Shown: positions 50,779 to 62,529, numbered from the stretch's first letter. The stretch is DNA of 64,000 nucleotides from Desulfatiglandales bacterium (GCA_963667015.2 CAXXJJ010000004.1:256001-320000); one strand, 5' to 3'. Made by a program: numbers and translations. The notes: generated by a model from the letters alone, not told the origin.

Positions 50779-52749
50779 TTAATCAAGCAGGTATTTATCC
50801 AGAAACCTGTCCATGGCCTCAAAAAACCTGTGCCTGTTATTTTGCAGGCTGAGACTATGGTCACCCTTCTCGAGTTCAACATAGGTATACACCTTTTTCT
50901 CTTTCTTTAATTCCTTTGCCATATCTCTGCTCTGATCTACAGGCACGGTATGGTCTTCATTACCGTGTCCAAGGAGAATCGGGATTTTAATCTTTTCTAT
51001 ATGGTAAAGCGGAGAAACAGCCTTAAGCTGTTTTTTGTCCGTTCCAAGCTGTTTACGCGCAACACCATAGTTTAAATAGCCCTGACTTGATTTGAGAAGC
51101 GCATTAAGATCTCCTATGCCGGCAAAGCTGATCGCGCACCTGAACAGGTCAGGCGTCTTAACCGCGCCCATAAGGGCAGCATATCCGCCATAACTTGCGC
51201 CTGCAATGGCGATTCGCTCGGGATCTGCAATCTTCTCTTCAATAAGCCATTTGGCGGCATCTGTCAGATCATCCTGCATAGTCAGCCCGAATCTCTGTAC
51301 TGCCTCCTTAGCAAATTCTCTTCCATATCCGGATGACCCCCTGAAATTCGGCTGAAGCACTGCAATACCCTTGCTTGCAAAAAATTCTGCCCAGTAATTA
51401 AATCCTCCATAATCCCGTGCCATTGGCCCGCCATGGGGAAAAATCACTGCCGGGCAGGGTGTACCTTCCCTGTAACCTGCGGGAAGTGTAATGTAGGCTT
51501 CTATTTTCTGGCCGTCACGGGCAGTATAGGTGACTTTTTCGCTGCCCTGAAGTTTCCCTTCCAGTTGAGGGTAGGGATGGGCAATTACAGACAGGGATTT
51601 CAGGTCACGATCTCCCAGTAAATATTTTCCGGGCATGGTGTCGCTGGTACTATATACAATATATCTCCTTTCATCCCTGCTGAAATCGATCAGATAATTG
51701 GTTGTATCAGGAAGCGCCTTGTTGACAGCCATCTGAAATCTCTTATATTTTTCGTTCCAGTAAATCCTGCTGTCTTTAGCCTCACCATGGTAAACACCTG
51801 TTACATCCCTTGTTTTCCGGCTGTATATCAGGCTTCCGTTGATATCATAGATATCATCGCTGGCCAGTAATTCCATTGGCAGGTCATCCCTGCTTACATC
51901 CACCCTGAATATGGCATTTCGCCCGTTGTGATCAGCGCGGACATACAGGATATCTGGATCCAGTCCAAACCCCATGGGTTCGATAAGGGGGGCAGCGCCA
52001 AAGGGCTTTGCCGCCCATATTTCTTTCCATTCTTTTTTTTCCAGGTCATATAAAAGGGTAGAAATGGTAGTCGTTGCCGGGTTAAACATGGTCCCGATCC
52101 TCACACGATCCTGCTGGTCCGTTCTCCAGTCACGTACATCTTTTTTAAAATGCTGAACTACGGATTTGTCCTTTGTATAGATGTTGACCCTGTAGACAGT
52201 ATCGAGGTTTGGCTCCTCAAGGTCGATTCCCATTAGGATATGTTCCGGATCATCCGGAAGAAGGCTGATGATATTATCCTGAAACTGGGAATAATGTTCC
52301 GGGCTCCTGCTGCTTTTAGGCCTGTCGCCCTCCGGTCTGACCGGCTGATAGCATTCTTCACTGCCGTCTGCCTTACAGACAAAAAGCCTTGTTTCCATGG
52401 TGGGAAACCCGTAGCGGTTATAGGGAAAAACGACACTGTATAATACCATTTCGTTGTTTGCCCATTCTGCATAACCAAATTGGAGGCTTTCAATACCCGC
52501 AGTGGAAATATAATTTTTTTTACCGGAATCGAGATCCATACATACAAGAACAGTCTGATCCTTTATATTCTGCATAAAAATTATTTTTTTACCATCCGGG
52601 GACAATTTAATATCAAAAACCTCCGGAAGCGCACTGAATGCCCTTACAGGCAGAGACCGGATTCCGGCCGAAATGTTCTGATCCGGGATTAATATGAACA
52701 ATAAGAGTAGTAAGGCAAAAGCTGAAGTAAGCCTTGATATCTTCTTCAT
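50779..52749 (-). CDS. S9 family (prolyl oligopeptidase-like) peptidase
   Basis: PHGGP, NFRGSSGYG, GASYGG, catalytic D and H. Confidence 0.93.
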   Translation of the reverse strand: MKKISRLTSAFALLLLLFILIPDQNISAGIRSLPVRAFSALPEVFDIKLSPDGKKIIFMQNIKDQTVLVCMDLDSGKKNYISTAGIESLQFGYAEWANNEMVLYSVVFPYNRYGFPTMETRLFVCKADGSEECYQPVRPEGDRPKSSRSPEHYSQFQDNIISLLPDDPEHILMGIDLEEPNLDTVYRVNIYTKDKSVVQHFKKDVRDWRTDQQDRVRIGTMFNPATTTISTLLYDLEKKEWKEIWAAKPFGAAPLIEPMGFGLDPDILYVRADHNGRNAIFRVDVSRDDLPMELLASDDIYDINGSLIYSRKTRDVTGVYHGEAKDSRIYWNEKYKRFQMAVNKALPDTTNYLIDFSRDERRYIVYSTSDTMPGKYLLGDRDLKSLSVIAHPYPQLEGKLQGSEKVTYTARDGQKIEAYITLPAGYREGTPCPAVIFPHGGPMARDYGGFNYWAEFFASKGIAVLQPNFRGSSGYGREFAKEAVQRFGLTMQDDLTDAAKWLIEEKIADPERIAIAGASYGGYAALMGAVKTPDLFRCAISFAGIGDLNALLKSSQGYLNYGVARKQLGTDKKQLKAVSPLYHIEKIKIPILLGHGNEDHTVPVDQSRDMAKELKKEKKVYTYVELEKGDHSLSLQNNRHRFFEAMDRFLDKYLLD

Positions 52750-53084
52750 TTGAGACTACCTTTCCTTTAATTAAATACTGCAGTAAAATTATCAAAATGT
52801 GGGAATATTCGAAGGAACCGGTTTTATGATTATTGGCAGAGGCCGAAAAAATCAAGAAAAATAATCAATACTGAACCCTGAAGGATATAACATGGGGACG
52901 TAACTTCGACAGTCATGTGTATATTCCGGTTTAACTTTTTATCCTCAAGCTAGCCTGTCATCTAACCCGGCTTCGTTTTTAAGGCTACATCGTGGTTCAT
53001 CTTCAGCAAAAAACTGGTGAAGTCAAAAAAAGCCGCATTATTTCTAAACAATGCGGCCTTTTAAGTCAATATATGTGAGGTAGC

Positions 53085-54932
53085 TTACTTATAGAGTTCC
53101 TCGGCAACAAAGTCCATACCAAGTTCAAGCAGGGTTTCCTTTTTGGGTTTGCCTGTCTTTGTATCCCAGCCCATTGCCTCGTAATACTCTGTATATATAT
53201 CTTCCAGTTCCCATGTAATACCTGCCCTCGGGCCTACGGTTTTTGCAGGTTTTCCAAGCATCCTGTCAGGGTATTTCCATGGAGTGGTAATGCCTTCACG
53301 GATATTGAAAGCCTGCCGCATGGCGTTTATCCTTCGGCCTGTCTTTATTATCTCCTCACTGTCCACATCAAATCCTGTAATGGTCCTGATTGTCTCTAAA
53401 AAGTACTCGGCCTTTCCGTAACCGTCACCGTAGCATATCATACAGAGACCGGCCGCATTAAAATAGTTTGTATAGGCACAACCGATCATGTGGGGTACAC
53501 CACGGCCTTTAAAGGTTGTGGGATCATATTCGGGCATTGTTCCCGGAGGATGAGGCATCTCGCCGCCCATTGTGTGACGTGCGGGTGTTGGTTCCGCACA
53601 GTAGGAAATGGCAAATGCATGACCGCCCCTTGAATCATGGGCAGGAACTTCCTGACCGCCGACATGCATTGCATATTTATCTGAACCTTTTCCTATCTTT
53701 TCGGAAGCAGTTTTTACACCATCAGCAAGGATGTCGCCAAAACCTTCACGTTTACATATTTTTTCGAGAAGTGCTATGGCAACCTTGTGGTCTCCCCACT
53801 TTAATTCCATACCATCCGTATCATCGGTGGTAATGATGCCCTTTTCAAAACACTCCATGGCAAAGCCAACGGCTGAGCCTGCGCCGATGGTATCTATACC
53901 GTAGCGGTTACAGATATCATTGGCCATAATGATTGAGTCAACATCTCCTACAAGGAGGTTTGTCCCGAACATTGCCTGGGTTTCATACTCGGGTTTATGT
54001 GCATGCTCACCCCATTTATACTCACCGGTGGGTGCTTTCATGATACCGCCGCATGCTATAGGACAGCGGTAGCAGCCGTATCTTCTTTCCTGCTGTGCCA
54101 CTATATGAGGGCCTCCGATTTTGGCATAATCAGGCATATCTCCCTCACCTGTACCTGCCCAGTTTTTAAAGGGGGCATCATCCCTCTTTGCGCACATCTC
54201 AAGTATGCCGCAGGTACCGAACTCCTGCAAAAATTTCACCATGGGGCCCATCTCACCCAGGTGCTTTTTACGCATGGCCTTTGCACCTTCCTTGTCGGCA
54301 ACAGGAATTTCAAGGCTTCCGTTTACAGCTATTGCCTTGAGTTTCTTTGAGCCCATGACAGCACCAAGACCTGAACGTCCTGCTGCACGGCCCTTATTGT
54401 TCATAACAGCAGCAATAAGCGATAATTTTTCACCGGAAGGTCCGATACATGCTACTTCCAGTTTTTTTCCATGTCTTTCCCTCAGGATATCCTCGGTATC
54501 AAAGGTATCCTTTCCCCATAGATCAGAAGCATCTTTAAGCTCTGCCTTTCCATTATCAATGTAGAGGTATACCGGAGACTCTGAGATTCCTGAGAAGAAT
54601 ACCGCATCATATCCGCCAAATTTTAGAAATGGACCAACATTGCCGCCGGAGTTTGCATCGCCCCAGCCGCCGGTCAGAGGAGATTTGCCAACCATTACAT
54701 ATCTGGAGCCGCCGATGGCATCCGTGCCGGTCAGCATACCGGTCACAATACCCAGCATTGCTTCCGGGCCAAGGGGATCTACGCAGGGTTTTTGTTTTTC
54801 AAAAAGGATCTTTGCACCAAGGCCATAACCGCCTACATACTCTCTTACTGTTTTTGAGTCCAGTTCCTCTTCTTTAAGCTGCTTGGTGCCAAGATCTACA
54901 AACAGCATTTTTCCCATAACTCCATTTGCCAT
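53085..54932 (-). CDS. aor: Aldehyde:ferredoxin oxidoreductase (W/Mo)
   Basis: KSPLTGG, AAGRSGLGAVMGSKKLKA, CYRCPIACG, PEYET, GIDTI. Confidence 0.95.
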   Translation of the reverse strand: MANGVMGKMLFVDLGTKQLKEEELDSKTVREYVGGYGLGAKILFEKQKPCVDPLGPEAMLGIVTGMLTGTDAIGGSRYVMVGKSPLTGGWGDANSGGNVGPFLKFGGYDAVFFSGISESPVYLYIDNGKAELKDASDLWGKDTFDTEDILRERHGKKLEVACIGPSGEKLSLIAAVMNNKGRAAGRSGLGAVMGSKKLKAIAVNGSLEIPVADKEGAKAMRKKHLGEMGPMVKFLQEFGTCGILEMCAKRDDAPFKNWAGTGEGDMPDYAKIGGPHIVAQQERRYGCYRCPIACGGIMKAPTGEYKWGEHAHKPEYETQAMFGTNLLVGDVDSIIMANDICNRYGIDTIGAGSAVGFAMECFEKGIITTDDTDGMELKWGDHKVAIALLEKICKREGFGDILADGVKTASEKIGKGSDKYAMHVGGQEVPAHDSRGGHAFAISYCAEPTPARHTMGGEMPHPPGTMPEYDPTTFKGRGVPHMIGCAYTNYFNAAGLCMICYGDGYGKAEYFLETIRTITGFDVDSEEIIKTGRRINAMRQAFNIREGITTPWKYPDRMLGKPAKTVGPRAGITWELEDIYTEYYEAMGWDTKTGKPKKETLLELGMDFVAEELYK

Positions 54933-55264
54933 GTTAAAAGCCTCCTTTTATAGTTTTAAGAGCATATACTCTATATTCACATTTAAGGTCTCTGAATTTT
55001 TTAATACAAGATCCTGCAAATAACCTTGCGTTTATTTCAACATAACCAGTTCAATATACACATCTTACATATCTATTAAAAGTATTTTTTTTAGTTTCAT
55101 TGCTGTCAATTTAGATATAACAATTTGAAAATAGTAAAAATTAATTGGCATTTAATCCTGACATAGTTCTTGTTTTCATTATTAAAAAAAACTATTATGC
55201 AAAGAAATTCAGATAGACCTGAAAATAATCCAAAATAAATAGTAATATGGATAAAGGAGATATT

Positions 55265-56224
55265 ATGAAAAAATATATAGTTACTACGGTTATTATACTT
55301 CTATTTGCCTGTCTCTCGGTTATTTATGCATCCGAGACCATTATCCGGGATATGAATAAAACCGGCAAAACATCTCCGATTATCGTTCAATACGCAACAC
55401 CGGGTTTTCCAATGAAGGCGGTAGCTGATCGTGTTGAAGGATTTGTTACTATTAAATTTATTGTAACAAAGGATGGCGATGTAGCAAATATTGAGGTAGT
55501 GGAATCGGTTCCTGTGGGTTACTTTGAAAATTCGGCATTAAATGCGCTGGAGAAATATAAGTTTGATCCGGCAATAGAAAATGGTGCAGCGGTTGATTAT
55601 ACTCTGGAATTACCGTTTTTTTTCAAATTTCCTGATACCTCCTTTTCAGACGATCTGGACAGTAGAATGCAGGCATGCCGCTATGCCGATGTTGGTAGAC
55701 GCCTTATAGCTAATGATGATAACGAGAAGGCTGTAACGGAAGTATCAAAGGCAATCGAACTGGAACCTAAATTCGGAACCGCATATTACTACAGATCATT
55801 GGCTTATATGAATATGGAGGATAATGAAAAGGCACTTTCAGATATAGACAAGGCAATTGAATTGGCTCCTGGAGTATTCGGCTATTTAAACCATAGAGGG
55901 ACGGTATATCTGCTTAAAAAAGATTATCAAAAGGCAATAGAGGATTTCACTAAGTCTCTTTCGATTGAACCTTTGAATATTGTAGCATACATCAACCGCG
56001 GAGACGCTTTTCGCCTGAGCGAGAAATATGATGAAGCTGTTACGGATTATACATCGGCATTAGGCCTGAACGAAAAATTGATACATGTCCATAACAACCG
56101 CGGTTATACCTATTACAAGATGCAAAACAATTTTCAGGCATGCAAAGATTTTAATACAGCATGCGAACTGGGAGATTGCAGGGCCCTTAATCATCTGAAG
56201 AATCAAGGGGCATGCCAGGAATAA
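55265..56224 (+). CDS. TonB C-terminal domain plus TPR protein
   Basis: EGFVTIKFIV..DGDV...YKFDPA; AYYYR/AYINRG TPRs. Confidence 0.88.
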   Translation: MKKYIVTTVIILLFACLSVIYASETIIRDMNKTGKTSPIIVQYATPGFPMKAVADRVEGFVTIKFIVTKDGDVANIEVVESVPVGYFENSALNALEKYKFDPAIENGAAVDYTLELPFFFKFPDTSFSDDLDSRMQACRYADVGRRLIANDDNEKAVTEVSKAIELEPKFGTAYYYRSLAYMNMEDNEKALSDIDKAIELAPGVFGYLNHRGTVYLLKKDYQKAIEDFTKSLSIEPLNIVAYINRGDAFRLSEKYDEAVTDYTSALGLNEKLIHVHNNRGYTYYKMQNNFQACKDFNTACELGDCRALNHLKNQGACQE

Positions 56225-56392
56225 GATTCTGAAAAGAATATTTTTATTACATGGGTTGTTTCGACTCCTGCTGTTTTAATGTGGGAGTCGAAATGTTTTA
56301 AGACCTGATATATTGCGTACTATACCCCTGCCGGTTTTTTCACTGTGCCTGCATCCCCGTATAATGAATTACCAAAAATGGAGAAATAAAAT

Positions 56393-56977
56393 ATGGATAA
56401 AGAACGACGACTGAAGCTTGTTGGAATATATAAAAGGTGCAGCGATGACGATCTTGATCAGATGATACAGGAGGGAAAGGAAAGCTATGAGGATGGTGCA
56501 TACGAATTAATACTTGAGGAGATCCGGAGAAGAGGTCTCAGTGGTCCGGACAATGATGATTCTCCCGATGATGAATCCGATTATGAAGGCGCTGAAGAAC
56601 TTAATTTTGGAGGAATGAGCACAGAAGATCTAATGGGGATACTGATAAATATCCATACCCTTGATGAATTGAATTTTCATCTGGCAGCCGCAGAAGCTGT
56701 TAGACGAAATATTGATGCATCGGATATCAGGGCATTTAAAAGAATGGTTCAGTGTGATGAACAATGCTCTGCTAATACCGATACAGTGGAAATAGAGATG
56801 ATAGAAAATCCCAGGCCTTTAATTATATTGAATTCAATAGAAGAGGCAGATTTTTATGCTGATGCCCTTATGGAAGAAGACATACCTTTTGAAATTCAGA
56901 TTATAGTTGATGACAGGGACTATAAAAAGGCTGAATTGGCAACAATTAATATTATGCTTCCCGCGGAAGATGAATAA
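56393..56977 (+). CDS. Acidic hypothetical protein
   Basis: SD GGAGA; D/E-rich. Confidence 0.7.
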   Translation: MDKERRLKLVGIYKRCSDDDLDQMIQEGKESYEDGAYELILEEIRRRGLSGPDNDDSPDDESDYEGAEELNFGGMSTEDLMGILINIHTLDELNFHLAAAEAVRRNIDASDIRAFKRMVQCDEQCSANTDTVEIEMIENPRPLIILNSIEEADFYADALMEEDIPFEIQIIVDDRDYKKAELATINIMLPAEDE

Positions 56978-57178
56978 TCCAATGATGCCGATCGGTAAGG
57001 CAAAAGATATCCCGGAGCAGCTTCCGGAGAATCAGCCGGATTTCAGTGAATTTCTTGAACTGAAAGGGAAAGGACCGACCAGTGTAGTTCTGGTGGGTGA
57101 CGATTATTATGTGGGTAACGAAAAAGCAGGAAAGCTCGGGTATCTTTCGGAACTGTTTCCTGATGAGTGAGGTGAAGA

Positions 57179-57496
57179 ATGACAGATTCTATGTACGCTG
57201 ATTTTAAAAAGTGGCCATATCCTGTTAATTATGGAAAAGAAAACATAATAGAAACAGATGTGCTTTTCATCGGGGGAGTTATTGCAGGGTCTCATGGCGC
57301 CATCAGCGCAGTAAAAAAGGGTATAAGAGTAGCAGTTGTTGATAAGGGACCAGTAATAAGGAGCGGTCTTGGCGGGGCCGGCGTTGATCACTGGCATCTT
57401 GCCTGTACAAATCCTGCCTCAAATATTACCCCTGAAGAGATCATGGAATATGTTTCAGGTTTCGGTGATTATGGATACCTGGAATATTATGAATGA
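57179..57496 (+). pseudogene. N-terminal fragment of an FAD-binding (AprA/SdhA-like) flavoprotein
   Basis: ETDVLFIGGVIAG...DKG...RSGLGGAGVDHW, then an early stop. Confidence 0.75.
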
Positions 57497-57506
57497 TGTA
57501 ACTGTA

Positions 57507-57698
57507 ATGAATAATTCTATTAAAGAACTTCAGGAAGATATCAGCCGGTTAAAAGCTGAACTGGCAGAGAGGGAGGCAGCCTTGCCGGCACATTCGGTAA
57601 GACCTCACCAGCTTATGGCTATAGAAGAACTGGAAGAAGAGATCTCCATGAAAGAAGAGGTCCTGAATGCTATTGAAAAAGAGGGTAAGGGAAATTAG
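57507..57698 (+). CDS. Small coiled-coil hypothetical protein
   Basis: REAALPAHSVRPHQLMAIEELEEEI. Confidence 0.7.
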   Translation: MNNSIKELQEDISRLKAELAEREAALPAHSVRPHQLMAIEELEEEISMKEEVLNAIEKEGKGN

Positions 57699-57921
57699 TG
57701 GATCGGACCCTGAAGGCGTGAGATCAGGGGTGACATATAATGTAAGGGGAAAAGACCGGAAGATATTCTTGATAAATCGGGATCAGCCTGAAACAGCTGA
57801 TCCCATTGTTTTATTGGATTTATCTCGTGTTCTTTACCGGGGTATTTAAAACCCGGAAAATTCTCAAATATTCATAAATGCTTTCCACCCGGATCATTGA
57901 AGGATCTACCTGAAAAAGCCT

Positions 57922-58482
57922 TTAAAATGTCCAGGATACTCCAACTGAAAAATAATCAAGGTCAATATCACCCTCAAGGTCAAATATTTCATATTCGGCA
58001 CGAACGGCAAGGGAGCTGAACTGAAAACGAAGACCTAACCCGTATGCCATATCGCTGCTTGACACGTCCAGGCTTGGAAAGCTGGAATCGGTCTCCCACC
58101 AGGCATGTCCGACCTTGCCGAATATGCCAAAGGGACCTATATTGTAACATGCGACTCCAAATATATCATAGGCTGTGAGACCGAAATCCAGGTCAGCAAA
58201 AGGCTCAGGCAGCGGAGTAGAGATTTCTCCAAAATCAACATAGGACCCTTCAACCGCAAAATCAAACATTGGAATCAGACCGAAATTATAACCTGCGAAT
58301 ACCTTGAAACCCATGTCATTGTCATCAAAATCGATACCGCCACTGATATCATCCATGGCAATATCCAGTGATGTATTCCCGAGTGAAGCGCCAACATAGA
58401 AACCGCTGTCCTTGCCGGCCATAGCCATACTTGAAATAGACAGAAATACAATTGTGAAAATAAGTACTGTTAATTTTTTCAT
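57922..58482 (-). CDS. Outer membrane beta-barrel protein (OmpA-like TM domain)
   Basis: FYVGASLG, GFKVFAGYNF, VRAEYE, terminal F. Confidence 0.9.
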   Translation of the reverse strand: MKKLTVLIFTIVFLSISSMAMAGKDSGFYVGASLGNTSLDIAMDDISGGIDFDDNDMGFKVFAGYNFGLIPMFDFAVEGSYVDFGEISTPLPEPFADLDFGLTAYDIFGVACYNIGPFGIFGKVGHAWWETDSSFPSLDVSSSDMAYGLGLRFQFSSLAVRAEYEIFDLEGDIDLDYFSVGVSWTF

Positions 58483-58944
58483 TTTTAAATCCTTTCTCTA
58501 ATCAGTTTTTTTGTGGGATGGATGGTCAATAGGCCACCCTGATCTTAATCAAACGCACCTGGCGAAAAAACCTGTTAAATTTTTAAATGATATAACAAAA
58601 TACACACTGCCTGTTTTAACCTACACTCATAAGGTGATATAAATCACCAATGATAAGTTAAATTAATATATAGTTTGCTTAAATTGATTAATATGGATTT
58701 ATCATCACATATTAAATGCAATGTTCAGGCCAAATGGTTTATCAAAAAACATGAAAAATATTGATCAAATTTAGTTGGCAGGTGTCTAAAGAAATAAGTT
58801 ATCATTATGCAGTGAAGGCACTGCCCTGTAATCGATTCGTCTGCTGATTGGTTGAATTAAGGGAAATGAATTTTAATTTAAAAAGTTTATACTGTTGAAA
58901 GCGGTGTCGATAGAATGACATACCTCCATGAAAGGAGAAAGATT

Positions 58945-60516
58945 ATGAAAAATGTAATTATGATACTAATGGCAATGATCATGTTTGCCGGAAATCTGTA
59001 CGGACAGGCTCCTCCTGTACCGTCAGAGGAACAGCCGGAGGTTATGACCCGGGGTCCGGTAAATGAGGCGTTTGCCCAGCCGGTAAATATTGAGGAAGAC
59101 AGTGGTTTTACAGCACCAAAAGCACCTCCTCCCGATATAGATGAAATTCCTCCGGAGGACAGACCAGTAGGTGCTCAGTTTGCATGGGTGCCCGGGTACT
59201 GGTCATGGGATACTGATAAAAACGACTACATATGGGTTAGCGGGTGCTGGCGAGCCGTGCCTCCTGAAAAATACTGGGTTCCGGGGTACTGGACTGAGGT
59301 TGAGGATGGCTGGAGATGGGTAGAGGGATTCTGGGCGCCTGTCAGTGATAAAGAGATAGAGTATCTACCTGCACCGCCTGCAGTAACATATGTTGCTCCG
59401 CCTGTTACAGCGTCCCCTGACAGGATATGGGTTCCCCCATGCTGGTACTGGAACAACGGTTATTATACGTTACGATCAGGCTACTGGATCGATGCTCGGG
59501 AAGACTGGGTATGGGTTCCATCGCATTATGTCTGGACTCCTCGTGGATATGTATTTGTACGCGGACACTGGGATTATCCTTTTAGTCGCAGGGGTGTATT
59601 GTTTGCACCGGTATATTTTTCAAGCCGTACACACTGGAGAAGCGGTTTTTCTTATTCCCTCAGCATCGCAGTAGATATCGGTAACCTGGAGTTTGGTCTT
59701 TTCACACGACCGAGATACCGGCATTATTACTTCGGTGATTACTATGACAGCTTTTATATAAGTGTTGGAATTTTCCCTTGGTTTGAATGTGTGACCAGAC
59801 ACTCATGGTATGACCCTATTTATCTGCATGACCGCTGGCGACACAGGAGACATGATCCAGACTGGTGGCAGCATGAAAGGCGTGAATATGAACGGCGCAG
59901 GGACGACAGAAGGCTGAGGCCACCAAGGACATATCGCGAAATGGAACGCAGGGTGCATAATATGACTGATTCTCAGCGAAAGAACTTTGAGGTTGCTACA
60001 CCTATGAAGAGACTTGTCGATAAAAGAATGACCACTTTAAAGTTCAGAAAGGATAAACCTGAAATTAGACAGCAGATATCGAGACATGCAGAGGATGTTC
60101 ACAAATACGTAAAAGAGAGAAGTGAGTGGGAATCTCGCGATAATGTCAGAAATACCAATAAGGCTGTAAAAAGGAGTTCTCCGTCGACGGGCACCAGGGA
60201 AACAAAAACACCCTATAAAAGGCCTGAGATTAAAACACAGGAACAAAGAAGAGCTTCTCAGCCGGATCGTGTGAATTCATCCAGGCCTCAGGCAGTGAGT
60301 CGGGAGAGTTCTTCAATACGAACAAATCATATGGCTAAACCGTCAAACGTTCCGCAGCGGGAAGTAATAAGTGAAAAATCAGACAATGTGAAAGTAAAGG
60401 CCTCACCTGTAGCAGATAAAAAGAGACGAGGAATTTTCCAGAAAAAAGCGCCATCTAAGCCCGATGAGGAACGGGAAAATAATGATGGGAAGAAAAAACG
60501 AAGTTACCGCAGATAA
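58945..60516 (+). CDS. YXWGXW repeat-containing secreted protein
   Basis: Repeated WVPGYW / WVSGCW / GHW; basic disordered tail. Confidence 0.88.
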   Translation: MKNVIMILMAMIMFAGNLYGQAPPVPSEEQPEVMTRGPVNEAFAQPVNIEEDSGFTAPKAPPPDIDEIPPEDRPVGAQFAWVPGYWSWDTDKNDYIWVSGCWRAVPPEKYWVPGYWTEVEDGWRWVEGFWAPVSDKEIEYLPAPPAVTYVAPPVTASPDRIWVPPCWYWNNGYYTLRSGYWIDAREDWVWVPSHYVWTPRGYVFVRGHWDYPFSRRGVLFAPVYFSSRTHWRSGFSYSLSIAVDIGNLEFGLFTRPRYRHYYFGDYYDSFYISVGIFPWFECVTRHSWYDPIYLHDRWRHRRHDPDWWQHERREYERRRDDRRLRPPRTYREMERRVHNMTDSQRKNFEVATPMKRLVDKRMTTLKFRKDKPEIRQQISRHAEDVHKYVKERSEWESRDNVRNTNKAVKRSSPSTGTRETKTPYKRPEIKTQEQRRASQPDRVNSSRPQAVSRESSSIRTNHMAKPSNVPQREVISEKSDNVKVKASPVADKKRRGIFQKKAPSKPDEERENNDGKKKRSYRR

Positions 60517-60636
60517 TTTTAACTGAAGAAGTGAGATCAGTAAAAAGTCAGATAATCCTAAAACCGGCATTGATTTTTTGGTATAAATATGTAATCTCCT
60601 TTTGAATACCAGCTCTCATTCAAAAGGAGATTTTAC

Positions 60637-61452
60637 ATGCCGGACATACTCCCACCCACTATAGTATTGGGTGTCTGTCTCCTCCATAAGTGTAATTTCA
60701 ATTGCCCTCACTGCGGGTATCTATATACCTGTGATTCCGATGATAATGAGTTAAGGCCCGGTTATCGTCTCTCATGGGAACAGATCCAGCGATTGATTGC
60801 CGACTGTAAAAGTATTAAAAACGAAAGATTAGGATTTATAATTAATGGTGGTGAACCAACCCTCTGGGAAGATGGAGATATTAAATTTATAGACCTTCTG
60901 ATTGCAATTGCTGAAGAGGGTATTAGTCCTGGCTTTAATACAAACGGGAGCTATTTTACAGATTATAACCAGTGCCATGATTTTTTTCATCAATATGCGG
61001 ATAAAGGAAAGATGCCGCTTATAGCTGCTTTAAGCGTAGATAAATATCATGGTAACTATGATCATGAAAAGGGCAGGGCAGACAATCTTGACAATATCGT
61101 AAAGGTTCTGGGTGAAATGCCTGTCGAAAAAAGGTCGATGCATTGCATCCAGGTTGTCTCGATAGTGTCAACTGATCCTGACTCCCACCTGCCTGATAAA
61201 ATGAAGGACTATTATGAGAAAAAGGAAATAGTCTTTGATGAATACCCACTGCAGCCTATAGGAAGGGCAAAGAATCTTATGGATGAAATGCCTGACTCGG
61301 AAGAATTTTTTAAGAACCAGCCCCCCGTGAAAGGATATATTAAAATGCCTTTAGCAACACTTATCGGTGAAAATTATATAAGAAGAGGAACAAAATTGGA
61401 AAAGCTCGGAAACCTCAGGGACCTCATAAAAAAATTTAAAGAGAAGGAATAA
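60637..61452 (+). CDS. Radical SAM protein
   Basis: CNFNCPHC, GGEP, TNG. Confidence 0.9.
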   Translation: MPDILPPTIVLGVCLLHKCNFNCPHCGYLYTCDSDDNELRPGYRLSWEQIQRLIADCKSIKNERLGFIINGGEPTLWEDGDIKFIDLLIAIAEEGISPGFNTNGSYFTDYNQCHDFFHQYADKGKMPLIAALSVDKYHGNYDHEKGRADNLDNIVKVLGEMPVEKRSMHCIQVVSIVSTDPDSHLPDKMKDYYEKKEIVFDEYPLQPIGRAKNLMDEMPDSEEFFKNQPPVKGYIKMPLATLIGENYIRRGTKLEKLGNLRDLIKKFKEKE

Positions 61453-61453
61453 A

Positions 61454-61664
61454 ATGAAATTATGTTTTCCTGTTAAAATTGATAATGGTTTGGAGAGTAT
61501 TGTATTCAATCATTTCGGATCTTCGCCGCTGTTTGTTCTTTTTGATACAGAAACTAATGAAACAGGCGTGATAAATAACCAGGACCTGGGTCATACACTG
61601 TATGCGTAATCCCTTTTAAGCCCTGAACGGCAAAATAGTAGATCCAATTAGTCGGAGGTATTGA
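61454..61664 (+). pseudogene. NifB/NifX family (FeMo-cofactor binding-like) remnant
   Basis: MKLCFPV...VFNHFGSSPLF...INNQDLGH, then frameshifts through ALNGKIVD and VGGI. Confidence 0.75.
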
Positions 61665-61679
61665 GCTTCTATTTTATCA

Positions 61680-61712
61680 CCCTCTCCCAACCTCTCCCGT
61701 CAAGGGGAGGAG
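61680..61712. repeat. CCTCTCCC...GGGGAGG REP-like element
   Basis: CCCTCTCCCAACCTCTCCCGTCAAGGGGAGGAG. Confidence 0.55.
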
Positions 61713-61770
61713 TTGTGTTTATGGATAGGCACTAATTAAACAACATTGGGCTTTATATTTCACCATATGT

Positions 61771-62529
61771 CTATTTCCTCAACGACGCCTTTGAAAATAC
61801 ATACTCCGGAATTTTCTTATTAAACTCGATCTCCTCAATAATAAACTCTGTTCCCTTTCCGGTTTTAAGCATATCCTTGAATACCATCCTTCTGGGAAAC
61901 CATCGGCCATCAATTTCTGTTACATCCCTGAGTTCCAGCTTTTTAAGGAGTTTCCCGCTTTTTGCAAATAATTCCTCCTTCAGGGGTACCCATCTTTCCT
62001 TATCTACCCATAGTTTCATTTTATGATAGGCAACATCATCGGTGATTGCTGTTAATTCCACAATCCAGCAATCTCTTTCATCAATTGCCTCTGATGTTTC
62101 AACAACAGCGATATACTTGTTCCTTAACCGTGAATCCTCCATCATGTCTTCATAGGAGAGATCAGAGCCCATAACAGACTGCCTTAGCATATGACCCGAT
62201 ATCTGGATGATCCTGTCTGTTGAAGGTGAATAAATCCACAGTTTGTCTTCAAGCTTCAGCATCTTTGTGCCTTTTTCACGGGCAGGGGACAGGTACTCCG
62301 AGAATGTTTTTGTTTCTCCCTCACTCCAGGATTTGGACACTACTGTCCTGCTTCCGCGACGCCCGTGGATTAACATCCTTGAGGTAATAATCTGTGTGTC
62401 TGAAGACATATTCATGTCTATTTTTTTTAAAATATCGTCACCGGAGGGCGGTTGTGCAGAGAAATTAAAAGATGATCCCAGTAACAGGGCTAATATAAAA
62501 ATGATTTTATTGAGTTGTGATTTTATCAT
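61771..62529 (-). CDS. Outer membrane lipoprotein-sorting (LolA-like) protein
   Basis: PAREKGTKMLK, MGSDLSYED, SGKLLK. Confidence 0.9.
   Translation of the reverse strand: MIKSQLNKIIFILALLLGSSFNFSAQPPSGDDILKKIDMNMSSDTQIITSRMLIHGRRGSRTVVSKSWSEGETKTFSEYLSPAREKGTKMLKLEDKLWIYSPSTDRIIQISGHMLRQSVMGSDLSYEDMMEDSRLRNKYIAVVETSEAIDERDCWIVELTAITDDVAYHKMKLWVDKERWVPLKEELFAKSGKLLKKLELRDVTEIDGRWFPRRMVFKDMLKTGKGTEFIIEEIEFNKKIPEYVFSKASLRK

Noticed and set aside
59180..59580. Repeated TGGGT...TACTGG motifs as a DNA repeat array or DGR template
   Set aside because: Explained by coding YXWGXW peptide repeats; no reverse transcriptase is present.
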